Positions 1 to 12,444 of a DNA stretch of 64,000 bases are shown here, piece after piece. Under the pieces are notes generated by a model. That model searched no databases, was not told where the DNA came from, and saw only the letters and a program-made list of their open reading frames with translations. Both the position numbers and the translations under genes were made by a program. Every line of letters starts with the position of its first letter. The stretch's first letter is position 1. The DNA is from Marsupella aquatica (taxonomy: Eukaryota; Plantae; Marchantiophyta), in contig OZ316894.1 of the NCBI GenBank assembly GCA_973895155.1, positions 25,108,709-25,172,708 of the forward strand, given 5' to 3'.

Positions 1-341
1 AAGATGAAACCTTCCCTTGACCAGCTGCATTTTCATTTCGTGTAACTCACGCTTTGGGAGTTACAAATTATGAGCAAGAAGACAAAAATTGAGTTTACCC
101 TTCACACTGGACAGGCACCCAAAAAGCCACAATCTTCACAACTGCAAACATGGATTCAGTCAAACAATTCACGTCCTCAAATCCCCCAAACCCCGTAAAA
201 TCCCAGTAACCACAATCGCAACCTCAATCACTCAGTCCCTGCCGTGGAATTTCTAGCCAAAAAAAGTCAACAAAAACGACCAGTGACAACATCGAAGCTT
301 CTCTGCAAAACGAGGGATGCGCATCGGCAGAGGGGGCTCAC

Positions 342-989
342 ATTTTTGTCACACCCCGGAAGAGAAATGTTTCCATCGTACCACTGGCCACCCATGACGG
401 TCTCAATGCTGTCCGCAATGAGATCTCGGGACTGCAAGCTGTAGCTCATTCCCTCAGTTCCCATCGAGATGGCGTCGCTCACACCCACGGTGTTGAACCG
501 GAAGGCCACCATGCCGGCATCCTGCACCCCTTGCTTGACGGCCTCGGACAGCCCGAGCAGATGCATATTGCAAGTGTTGCCCTCGTACCAGACCGACGAA
601 ATGCCCACCTGCGGCTTGCTCAGGTCGTCATTCGTCAGCCCCACTCCGTAGAGAATGGCCTGCGACGCCCCCTGCGACTTGGGCTGCGTCACTCGCGAGC
701 TGTACTTGTTCAGGATCGTTGTCTCCTCTCCCACAGGGCTCTCCACTGACTGCTGCGGTGGCGCTGGTGCAGCCACGGCCGTGATCCTCAGCTGCTGCCT
801 CCATTCTCGAGGGCTCCGTCTCCTTCTTGCTGCTGCTCCACCATCACCACCCACAAGACCTGTTCGCGAGAAGCTCAGCAGCTCCCTCGATTTCGAAACA
901 TTTGCAATTGCAGCAGATATTTGGGTCCCTTTCGCACCAGCTGCTGCTGAAGCTGTGACGGCCACAGCCACAGCTTGAATCGTCGCCAT
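342..989 (-). CDS. DHAD: Dihydroxy-acid dehydratase (IlvD family), plastid precursor; exon 1 only, gene continues beyond the window start
   Basis: ATG at 989 (MATIQAVAV...) opens an Ala/Ser-rich transit peptide, then [26 protein letters not shown]...[11 protein letters not shown]...[28 protein letters not shown]...PGCDKN, the typical IlvD N-terminus. The exon ends at a GTGAG donor at 341. Confidence 0.95.
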
Positions 990-3752
990 TCCGTCTCCTG
1001 CTGCTGATGTGGTCAATCACTTCCTCTTCCTCCTCCAGCTCCTCCTCCAGCTCCAACCAACGTGATGTCCGTTTCGGGAGAGATCACAGTGAGAATGAAA
1101 GCATTTCAGTCACGAGAAATGTTCGAGACCTGGATAACGATCATCCTCTCGCCGCCATGGGGAGGAAAGCCATGATGGAGAGGGACAGTCTTTCTGCCGA
1201 GACAGAGTCGTGGACTCGGGGTTTATGGGAGGGTTTTAGTTTGCAAAGGGACGTTCCCAAATTCTTACCCCTGTTTGTCCCTTGAAACCGAAAATGGATA
1301 CACTTTCAAGGACTCTAAAGCCCGGATGGAGCTCCACTTTGTCCATGAAGTCAGGATGGACCGGTAAAGCTTGGATGGACCTGCTCAGAACATTTAAAAT
1401 GACTCAGATAACTTTGTTTACACGTTTGACTGAAATGTGACATGTAAACAGTCTACTTACAGTTTGCAGTCGATTTCAATCATATTACCGAACCGGTTTC
1501 CCCGGTAGCTTGACAACATGACTACCTTGGACCTGAAAGACATCAAGTCATCCTGTCATTACTCAGGTCACCATTATGTCTTGACTACTTTCTCCATGGT
1601 AGTCTTTTCAGTATAAAAGCAACGATCGCTCTAAGCAGTCCATGGGGATGGGCAGGGACAATGTCTCGGTCCATCCAGGCATTTGTCTCAAGAGGAAAAA
1701 GATGCACATTGGAAGATCTTTGATTGCCCAAAATTTGTGGTGAATAGAAACAAAACAAATTACTGGCAGTTTGGAGATCGAAAAGATATATCAATGTGAG
1801 TGATAAAACATAACTAAGATCAGTCATCCTGATGGGGATGATGTGGGAGTAGGCAAGTTGGTCTGGATTTCAAAGCATGGGTGAGATGAATTGAGACTGA
1901 CAGGTCGGACTCAGAAAAGGTGCACAGACGCAAGGTTACCAAAAGCTATCACAAAAATTAAATGGTGAGGGGGACTTACTGCCAAAATGACATTTCATAA
2001 AGAAACCATGGCCCCTTTAGGCCTATCTCATGGTAGTAAAAATTGTTACAATAACTGAACAACGAGGGAGACTTTCTGCCAGAATGACATTTCAAAAACA
2101 AAACATGAAAAGAAAGAGCTATATGATTGCCTATGATAGTGTTTAGATAGATCGTAGAGTTGTACTCAATGTGGCCAAAATATGAGTGGAGTAATAAACA
2201 GACAATGAAAAAGAAAGAGTTAGATTGCATATGATGGTGTTCAAATTGACAATAGAGTTGTCTGCAATGTGGCCAAAATATGAGTGGAGTGTTAGTATTG
2301 CAAAGTGTCACTCTACTCAAATGTCGATATCATTACATATGAATTTCCAATATCATTACAAGCTGGTATTGTAGGGTAAAATTTTGATATCCATACCCAG
2401 CTAAAATTAATTTTTCAAAAATCTTAATAGTCTAATGCTAAATTTCCTGATTTTTTGAATGGTAAGAAATGGTGGGGAATGCAGAACATGTCTGAGGAGG
2501 AGGTTGAAACAAAGATTCCCAACAGGCATTCCGGGCAATGGGTGGCATGGGGATCAGCCATTTTTTCTTGTTTTATAAAATGTACCAAGTTGGAAACTAT
2601 GACAGCTCTGGAAGGCCCGCTAGAAGGAGGCAAGTACTGTACATTACTGAAAGGCACTTAGCATAATTATTCAGTACCAACAGTCAGTTGTACAGTACTT
2701 TCAGACAAATGCTCCCCCACTTTCAATTCAGTGGTGGCAATTGACAGACTTTTTCATGTTTTAGCCCAAGTATCATTCGACAGCCCATTTAAAAGTTTGG
2801 TTCAGATTGGCATATTTGCCCACCCAAAATGGCTGGTGGGGATGTCAAGTCCTAACCTTAGAACTTTCAAGGTATTATGTTCAACGGAACTACACATGTT
2901 ACTCAATCTAATTCAAGAGCAGACGTTTTTGGGCTTTACCCATGAATTGGTGTCACTCACACTGCTATAATACTAATTCCACACACATGAATTAAATAGT
3001 TTTGCCTCAAGAGTGGAAAAATAATGGACAAAAACTATTCTGAAAATCTGCAAGCATTAGTGTTACTTTGGATTCAAGTCACACATTTTTTACTGACACT
3101 TTAAACAAAATTGGAAAAAAACATTTTGAAAGAATTAGTATAACACTAATTTGACAGTAACGCTAACTCTTACATCTATATAACTAGTTGCGATCTAGAG
3201 TTGGGGTGTAGGTTTCTAGAGTGAAACCTCTACACATGACTCTTTGGCCCCACAAATTTACTTGGACACAAAGAAAAATGGCATACTACATGTTATGTAA
3301 TTATTGAGATTAAAAAATGAGCATCCATTAGGGTGAACTGTCTATGTTCTTGCAAATATATGCACACAAAAGAATGGCTGCCGGATGGTCAAGTCCTAAC
3401 CTTAGTGCAGTCAACCATGATCAAATATGGACAGCGTGTTTAGCGGAATAAAGTACGGTACCATGGTCATAGTTACACAGGCAGAGAAGAGAAGATTCCG
3501 GCAGAAATTAAGGGACTGCATGTTGTTTGTGCGTCGTCCGACAAATTGCGAGGAGCTTGTGCATGATTATACTGTACGAGGCCATTCACCAAGAGGGAGA
3601 TTGTCACAATAAGATGTGAATGACGGACCTCCGCCTGATTCCCCTCTCCTCCTCTCAGCTCACTCTCATCATTTCCATCGCAGACGAAGAGGCAGAGACA
3701 GAGAGAGAGCGAGGGACAGAGAGAGAGAGGCAGGAGGCCTAGACAAGCAGAG

Positions 3753-6700
3753 ATGAGTTCTTCTGGAGAGGGCTCGATGAGGAGAAGAATGTCTCAGCAC
3801 AATGTGTTGGTGGGCGTTGTCGGTGTGTGGCTCTGGTGGGCAATGCAGGCGGGCGCAGAAAGTTCTGAATCGCTGCTGGCCATGCCGACGGGCTTCTCCA
3901 TTTCTGGGAAGGAATCTGAAATTTTGCAAGCCAAGTCTGAGGCGGACGCAATCATCAAGGAGTCCTTCTCTTCCAGGTCGGGGCCGTCCACTCCCTTGCA
4001 GAACTCTTGGGCTCCTGAGTTTGCCAATGTGCTTTTGTTTTTTGGTTGGTGAACGATTTCAAGTGAATTGGGGCCATGACATGATAACAAGCGGAAGCAA
4101 TTGTCGGTTTGGCCTAAACATTGCTGAGGGCTCTGGAGTTCGGCATGTGCCAGCCAGCCAATGCTGGCACCACAGATACCTCATGGTTCAAAATTTGCAT
4201 GTGAAATCGAATGGTCAAAGGGGCAGATCGGGGCAGAGATTGAATGAACGAATTTACTTTAAACTTCATGCTTGTGGAATTTTTGCACGGAACAGAGAGG
4301 CAAACGAGCCAGCTAGAAGGAGGAGAGAAATGAGAACATTGACCTAATGTAATTTTCAGCTGACTACTGAAAGCGGTGTTTCCTTCTTTGAGTAATTGCT
4401 TTAAATGGATCTCCTAACACGGTTTGATCAGATTTTTTTTCCCCCACCGACAGGCAGACTAATGAACGAAATTGAAATTGAACTCGGAGCTAGTGAAAGT
4501 GAAAAATTAGCCCATTGCTAAGTGTCTGCCGCAGCTTTGTTGTAGAGAAAGCGAAAGAGGCAAACAGAGAGTGAGAAAATAAGAGCTACTTAAAAGTGAC
4601 CGGAAGCAAATGAATGAAATTCACAAGTCTGATGTCCCGCAATCTGGCCTGATCGACATAGGACAGGAAGTGAGCAGAAAAATGCATGAAACTAAAAGAG
4701 AGCTAGAGAACAACGGCTGGCGTACTCTGTTTGTGCCCAGGCACTCGCCGTTAAGAGTGTTGGGAGAAGGCTCCCACCCACGCCAAAAGCAGGGGTCTGG
4801 ATAGCTTCAATTCAAATATACTTAGAAATTTCACATGAATAAGCTACTGAATTCGGCAACTTAGTGTACTGATTGTACTCCTTTGCCAAAGCCTCGTAAC
4901 TCCTGAAGGGAATGAATGTAGTACGGAAATTTTACTGGTGTTACCCATGTTGCCAAGGCTGATACTCTCTAAAGTGGTGTGTAATTTTTTGCAACAGCAT
5001 TGTGTACGACAAACTGGCTTACATGACAGACACATTCGGACCAAGATTCAGTGGCTCAAGTTCACTTGAAAGGGCCTTGGATTGGGCAAAGGTCGCTCCG
5101 ACGTTCTCCTTCCTCCTTATTTCTCAACTTTCGGCTGACCGCGGATCACAGCAGCATTTGTTGGAGTTGCAATGAATTTATCAAGAATGTACTCCATAGA
5201 AGCCTCTGATGGGCAACTGGTATGCCCTTCAGTTTAATCTGACAAATTGCTTCTATGTCTCTCTGTGGGGCTCTTGGTGTTGTGATCAAGCACAGGATGC
5301 AATTCAAAAGGATGGGCTGAAAGTGTATGAGGAACCAGTAAAGATTCCAAGCTGGGTACGTGGGAAAGAATATGCCACACTGTTGTCTCCAAGAGTGAAG
5401 AATGTCCGGCTTGCTGGATTAGGGGGCAGCGTGGGCACCCCGAATGGGAAACCGTTAGTAGCAAAGGCCCTTGTGGTGACATCGTTTGAGGAACTCGAAA
5501 AGCGAAAGAACGAGGTTGAAGGTAGTAGACCAGAGCATAACTGAGATCTATTCTGCAAATGACTGAGAAGGTCATAATTGGGTGAACATATTATATGGAC
5601 GACTGAGACATGAAATGGTTTAGGGTGTATCATCTTCTGATCTTCAAGCATGTCGATGTGAAGTGGTAAAAAGTGAACAGGCGCCTACCTGGAAGGATTG
5701 GGACGGGGGAAAGGCAATGTAGTAGAATTTCAAGGTATACTCACTTCGAATTTGGTTTACTTTGCAAACAGGAAAAATCCTGGTCTTCGATGTCGAGTTC
5801 GTCGATTATGGCACGACTGTACAGTATCGCTACAACGGGCCGGCAGTTGCAGAGAAACTAGGAGCTATAGCAGTTCTCGTGCGCTCCATTTCACCCTTTG
5901 GCTTGCAGGTACTTGCCAAAAACAGTTCCGCTTGCCTTGAAGATCATGGAAGGTCAGACGTGTGTTGTAATGATAGCATGATTGAGCATCACATCCACGC
6001 ACAACTACAACAAAAACGACTCACAATCAATATACCTCTGCAAGTGCACGGTAATATTCCAGCTCATGTCTCTGAAGACAATTTTGAGTGCTCCGTCTCT
6101 ATTTGACGAATCAATCAATATGCTGTGGTGTGGATGATAGACTGTCCATACCGGGGCCATGGGCGAGGCGGGTATTCCTGCAGCTGCAATCACTTTGGAG
6201 GATGCCAAAATGTTTGGAAGAATGCAAGCCCGAAATCAAGATGTTGTTATCGAGCTCTGTATGGAGGTACGCGAATTGCATGATATTCATCAATAAATGA
6301 TCACCATTCAAGAAATCTTGTTTTCGTTAGGAGTGATTTTGTCTGCACAACTTGCCCATCTCAGGCTCTCACTAGCTTGGTGGCTGAGACCTTACATGCC
6401 TGCCTTAGCAATTTCTCGTCGTAGACTGTTTTTGGGTTGAACTGTATTGAACTTTTTAAGCTTGTTTGAGAACGTTCTGCTGCCCTCCTGTAAAAGAGTT
6501 ACTCCAGGAACATAATCATTTCCATCTTGGTGGCAGGCTCACACTTTGCCTGACCAGTCATCAAGGTTGGACTCTTTACGCCTTCTTGCCCCCTACTGCT
6601 AACGTATCACTTGGTCTCGAGACTGTTGCGTGGCTGCAATCCAGCAAAATATCATCTTTGCTGCCTTCGCAAATACTTGTTCTGCACAGACCTCTTGCGT

Positions 6701-9035
6701 TGGTTTGGTTGTACGGATCTGAATTCTTGGTATCCAAGGCTGATAATCACCAGTGCACATGTCCAAAAACCCTGATCAGGAGAATTGTTGATGTATTTGT
6801 AGATCCTTATGTTCGAATACATTGGTCGTTAAAAGATGTACTCGAGGAAAATTACAAAGGAGTGTCTGACAAAAGTTTGCAAGCTAAGCTTTTCTTGTGG
6901 TTGGACCATTAGGGGCCCTAGTAACTTTGTGAATTGGATGGAACAGGAATCTTGTCATAGAACTCAAGGGCAGTGAAAAGCCAGAGGAGCTTGTCATATT
7001 CGGTGGTCATATGGACAGTTGGGATATTGCTGATGGTGCAATGGATGATGGTGGTGGAGCTTTCGTCTCATGGGAGGTCTCTTCCACCCCCCACTCAAAG
7101 AAAAACACCTACGAACCTCCTGAATAATCAAAAACAATTGAGCATTATGTCTCTGGAGAGGCTTTCTCAGATAGGTTTGGTCTTGTGTATTTTGGGTTTT
7201 ACCTCTGATGGTGTCCCCAACTGTGTGTGCGTATTGACTATCTTTCCCTTCTGTTGCAGGTAATTCGCCTGATTACAAAGTTGGGCTTAAAACCGAAGCG
7301 GACACTGCGAGCCATATTGTTTGTGAATGAAGAGAATGGATACAGAGGTGCCATCCAGTATGCCCGTGACCACGCACACGAGGCAAACTTGTGAGTTGCT
7401 GTAGTCTTCACATGCTTAACTTTTCATTCATGCTCCTATTGTCAGTACCATGCTTTTGACAATAGAAATTTTACTGACGCCGGTTTCTAGTACGCGGTGT
7501 GTGATTTCATGTTATTCCACCAATGAACATAGATGACCTGTGGACTGAAGTTCCAAAAAGACATAAAGATGGCAGTTTGCATGCTGAAGTCTTGGTGGGT
7601 TTTGAGTAGTCATTATATTGGATTTGTTTGGATGGAACTACTTGCTCTCATATTTTGCTGATCACGTCTTTAGTTACTTGCAGAACCAGCATAGCCTTTG
7701 AGTCAGATGTGGGCACTTTCACTCCAGAAGGCATCTCATTCTCTGGTTCTAAGGCAGCTCGAGCCATCCTCACAGATGTACTATTCTATAGCTCAAGCTT
7801 CTCCAGTTTTGGACCGCAGTATCTAGATTGAAGTACTTCATATTGCGCCAGCAGAAGATATCCATGTCGATCATGTGTTTGTTGAACGTGATTGGAGAAC
7901 AAAGGGAGGGCCTGTATTGGATTCATATAACTAAGAATCCATCTCTACTTGCAGCTGGGCCAAACTCTTCTCGCTGACATTGGATCAGGAAATGTCACCG
8001 GAGAAGGTTATGGAGAAGATATTGCACTTGTGGTACCACTCTTTCTGACCAAATTCCTGCCCCCACTGCCTTAAAACTGTAGCTGTTTTGTCCTGGAAAT
8101 CTGGTCATTGGTTCTATATCAGTTTGATGGTTTTCTTGGCTACCGGACTTAAATCATGGTATACGTATTCGTGAGAATTTTTCTGGCATATGTCTGGCTC
8201 GTCTGAAGAGGACATCTGTCCACGTTAAGTATTTGTGGCGCCATTGCCGTGCTTTAGTAAGTTAGTGGAAAACCCATTGAACTGTGCTTTCGTTTCTAGG
8301 TGGAGCAAGGAGTGCCAGGAGGGAATCTTGTGGTCCTGGATCCACGCGTTGGAGATTTATCCAACAATCCCTGTAGAGGCTTTGGGAGCAGTAGTCAGAA
8401 AGGTCCTAATACTTTGAACAGTGCCTACTTTTGGTGAGTGCCTTTATCATACTCATAGTAGAAGTGACCAAAAGGTCTGGAAAATTCAGAGCTTCCCAAC
8501 TTCAAAACGAGGATCTTGAGAATTTGTTGATATTCCCTTCATCTGAATGTACAACTCTCCCACTCTAAATCAATGCACTTAAAGGTGGAGAGATCTCTGT
8601 GATCTACTTATGCCACTGAAAGTGTCGGAGCAACGTGCTTCCCCTCGACTCTTGTCCATCAGCCCTATTGTACGTTGCTTCTAATTTAAAAACATGGACC
8701 TCTGCACCAAACTTAGGAGATGAGCTGGAGGGCAATCACCATGGACTTTTGTGGCTTCTTTACAGTTTGTCCTGTCGTTTGACTCCCTTCAGTTTGAGTT
8801 TCTGCTTTGTGTCTTGGTTGTCTCGTCGTTCCATTCATATGTGACTGCTGACGGCCACTGTGAGGAGTTTCTCGGTGTGAAACTTCACTAAATCTTCTTG
8901 CGTTCTTGTAGGTATCATCACACTGAGGCAGACACCATTGATAAGTTGTCTCCAGAGCAACTACAGCACTGTGCTGCTACATTGGCAGTATGGGCTTACT
9001 CTGTTGCTAATCTTGACTCGCTCCTTCCCCGATGA
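3753..9035 (+). CDS. CPQ: Carboxypeptidase Q-like (plasma glutamate carboxypeptidase type) M28 zinc peptidase with PA domain, 12 exons
   Basis: GT-AG exons with compatible phases: 3753-3976, 4998-5091, 5296-5521, 5772-5908, 6141-6266, 6537-6565, 6947-7076, 7260-7390, 7684-7777, 7955-8032, 8300-8433, 8912-9035. Motifs DTFGPRFSGS, WVRGKE, LGGSVGT, HTG, GGHMDSWD..DGAMDDGGG, NEENG, ESD, YHHTEADT, LLPR*. Hydrophobic signal-like N-terminus; the start could also be a nearby downstream ATG. Confidence 0.9.
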
Positions 9036-10099
9036 AAACTTTTCCCCTAGGGCAAGGAGAGTCAAGATTGCAAAATCTTTTCAGCTTTAGGACGATAGTC
9101 ATTCAGCCTCATCTCATTGTGGCAGACTAAGAGGGTGGCGGGGTTGCAATGTAGCCTATTTCCAAATGGGTCTGGAAGAAACTCGAGATTCTGTAGTCAC
9201 TGTTTGGGAATTCTTAAATTAAACCATTTGTATTATTGGGAAAATGCTTATACCTATGGTTGGAGAGAACTTAATATGTGAGGTGCTAATGGGTGAGGCA
9301 AAAAGGAGGTGCTCATCGGTGAGGCAAAAAGAAGGTGCTCATGGCTTGTAGATTCATCGGACGGCAGTCTGTCAACCTAGTTTCTTTGAATTCGTCCATC
9401 TTCCACAAATCATAATCATTACGCGCTTTAATCAAATCGTCATTTCGAAGTGGAGTTCTGGGAGGAGATTTGGGCTGCCAGAAACAGAAAAGTCCAAAGT
9501 CGTCAAAATCTAGGGATTCAAGACAGATGTGTTGGGGAGAGTCTTTTAGTGAAGGTGAGAACAACATGAAACGAAAATGAAGGACACAACCGATGGCTTT
9601 GTGGGTGCAACTTGGGTTGACCTTGAGTCGAAATTTAGAAAAGAGACCCATAAGGGTTGGCTAAGAAGTGATCTCTTTTTTTGGTAGGAGAGTGTGACGA
9701 GGCAGCACCGCACAGGTCCTGAGGTGGTAGGGTGTTAGGTAGCTCCGTCATTACTTGAAACTGTCATGTTTTGTTTATGACCCAACGTCAGTCGGAAAAG
9801 GAGCTTGGTTTTGGAGCCAAAATGCACTCTTGATAGTTTGATTCCTGCTCTAAACCCAGAGTTCGTAAAAGATCGCACAGAGACTTAGAAGGAATACTCC
9901 ATATAACCCACTTGAATGGAAGAGAGTTGGTAGTTAATGCGTCTATAACCTAGTATAGAACATCACTTACTATGAGGTTCAATGCGAGTTACACACCCTA
10001 TAACCCTACTCGTTCCATAGGCTATCATGAGAGACCAGAGTAAATCCTTGTTTTGCTAAGACTACTATACCATACTAGTATGATGCCTGTCAGTTGCAA

Positions 10100-10380
10100 A
10101 AAAGATGTGGAGGTCAGAAAAGATGTGATGTGGAGGTCAGAAAAGATGTGGAGGTCAGAAAAGTATGTCGGGGTGAAACAAGACGTCAATGAGGGATGAG
10201 AGATAGAGAATCGAGGTGAGGGAAAGAAATAGAGGTGAGAAAACAATGTCAAGGAGAGAAAATACAGCAAGGGTTAGAAAGAGACGTAAAAATGAAGAAA
10301 AGATGTCAAGGTGAGATGAAGATATCAAGGTGAGAAAAAAAATAAGATGTCCAAGTGAGAAAAGAGTCAAGACAATGTGA
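10100..10380 (+). repeat. Degenerate purine-rich minisatellite (GATGTGGAGGTCAGAAAA / GATGTCAAGGTGAGA units)
   Basis: Three near-identical GATGTGGAGGTCAGAAAA units at ~10105-10162, followed by several GATGTCAAGGTGAGA-like units. Confidence 0.6.
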
Positions 10381-11128
10381 AGTTGTTGTAATGGTGTTCA
10401 ATAATCCATGCATTGTACATAAAAATTGGAGATGTGAGATAAATATCACTGCATCAAAGAGTCCAGGCATAATCAGATGTTAAAAATATACAAATACAAA
10501 TAATTATTTTTTAGAATTAATAGGTTGTATACGTTATTTACACTCAAGTTTCTTCAAAAAGAATTAAAGCTAATACCCAATATTTCAAACTTTATTTTTT
10601 ATAATTTTTTTATCTTGGTCAGGTTTGGGCAGGCTACAGACAACTCAAAGAGAGTTGAGATTAAAAGAAGTATGGATGAATCTGCTAAGATTGGTTCCTG
10701 ATTTAAAAAGGCAATTTGAGATTAAAAGAAATAGGGATGAATCAGATTGATGAATTGGATGAATCTGTGTGTGTCTTTTTTTATGAAGGGCACGGTTAAG
10801 AATGGTTCCCATTTTTTTATTGAGTTTGTAAATGGACCTAGCATTCTCCCCTCTTTTCATTCACTTTATTGAGTTCCTTTGTCATTGGGATCATGTCTCC
10901 CTTGGGCTCTTTTCCTTCCCTTCATTGGGTTGCTTTGCCATTAAGATCATGTCTCCCTTGAGCACTCTGTTATATATATATAATGGTAGATGTGATAGCA
11001 TAATATTGGATATGAGTGTTACTCGCGATAAAATTATCAAAATTAACAGTCGACAGACCCTTTTTCACCTGGCTTTGCGGGGTCTAATAATATATTGTAC
11101 ACTATCATGAGAGAAAAGAAAAAAATCC

Positions 11129-11886
11129 TTGCGTGCCGGTCGGTGAGATCGTGGCCTGAGCGATCAGTCCCGGATTGACTCTGTGTGGAAGGTGATTGGC
11201 TTTTTTCGTGCTCGCGATGTTTGTTGTCGTTGAAATCGTGATTGGGTGTGCCGTTTCCGATTCAGGTCTAAATTCTGTCTGGACCTTTTTTTCCCCGAAT
11301 GTGCTGCAGGGACGACTGAGAATGAGGAGGAGGGAGAATCTGTGAGATTGTGAGTTTGTGAAATTACTAGTAGCCATGGCTGCGGTGTCGCTCACGTCGA
11401 CTGCGGTTTCCACTTCGACAGCTCTGCAGAGCTCTTCCATCTGTGGCCAGAAGCACTCCGTGGCTCGGTCATCGAGACCGACTTTCTCTACTAGGTATGT
11501 GGGTCTGAACCTCTCACTGCTGTGAACGCGTGAATGGAAGACATGGAAAGAATCAGTTCAATTCCCTGAGTGATCTCAGCTCGTCGGACTGCTGCTTAAG
11601 GGTGCGTAATGAGAGAGCACAAGTCATTGAGCAGAGCATCATGTATTTTGTTCAGGCGTAAGCAAATCTCTGGCTCGTCTTCCAGGGCCTTCGTATCCTT
11701 CCATGTAGTCAATTGCAATTGAATTAATGAATAAATGAGTAAAACGAAATGATAGATTGCATCAACTGAATGGATAGAACAAATGTAATGAACGCGTGAA
11801 TTGTCTTGAGTCTCTTGGATTGGATGAGCAAGTGTAACTAGAGGAATGGATTTAACAATTTAACCAATGACGAGTCCTTTGTCTTG
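11129..11886 (+). pseudogene. Partial duplicate of the RPE 5' end (5' UTR, intact exon 1 at 11376-11494, start of intron 1)
   Basis: Aligns by eye to 22818-~23600. The exon is 119 nt in both copies with ATG and AG|GTATG donor retained and 6 substitutions. Flanks show several indels. Confidence 0.9.
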
Positions 11887-12444
11887 TTCATGAGCAGGGC
11901 TCATGCATTCAGGCTTGTCAAATTAAAAAGAGTGGGAAAGTTACTAAGAAAGTGGTAACCTATCTAATTCCACAAAAAAGTGTATGTATCAATCTATCTA
12001 ATACTCTCAAGCACAACAATTAGTGTGGACGGCATCCGATCCCACTAATTTGCCGTCCACATTAAATCCTAATCCACGGTTTAAAGACTGTGACCGGTAT
12101 ATCGAGCAGAAAGACAGGACTTCAGAGTGACATATACACTGTTGGACCTGATTCTGCAAAATTGAAGCTAGATCAAAATTGTGCGTTTCATCTGAAGCTG
12201 AGAAAAGCTCTGAAAGTGGTTTCCTGACCGCTTCGCTGATGCCTTTCCATCCGCTGTGAAGCACATGTAGCAGTTGGGGGAGCTCTAGGTTTGACCAATA
12301 ACTTTCAGCTGACATTGTGTGAAGATGTGGGCTGTTTTGTCCTCACTCCTCGATTTCATGGCTGAACGATAATGTTGATGACTGACTATTGATTTCTGAC
12401 AATTGGTTCGAAATCAGGTGAACAAGCTTGATCGATTTTCAGTT

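Noticed and set aside
267-341. ORF-track extension of DHAD to 249 aa and upstream start at 1016
   Set aside because: The sequence after CDKN is intron read-through, and the 1016 start is not an ATG.
11105-11440. Paired minus-strand ORFs [10 protein letters not shown]... (also 22886-23179) as a gene family
   Set aside because: They are antisense shadows of the duplicated RPE leader and exon 1, and they diverge by frameshifts.
12403-12444. In-frame fusion of the copied RPE exon at the two best-looking acceptors (12417, 12442)
   Set aside because: Both are out of phase with the 12445 ORF. Only the weaker AGs at 12488 and 12518-12530 are in frame.
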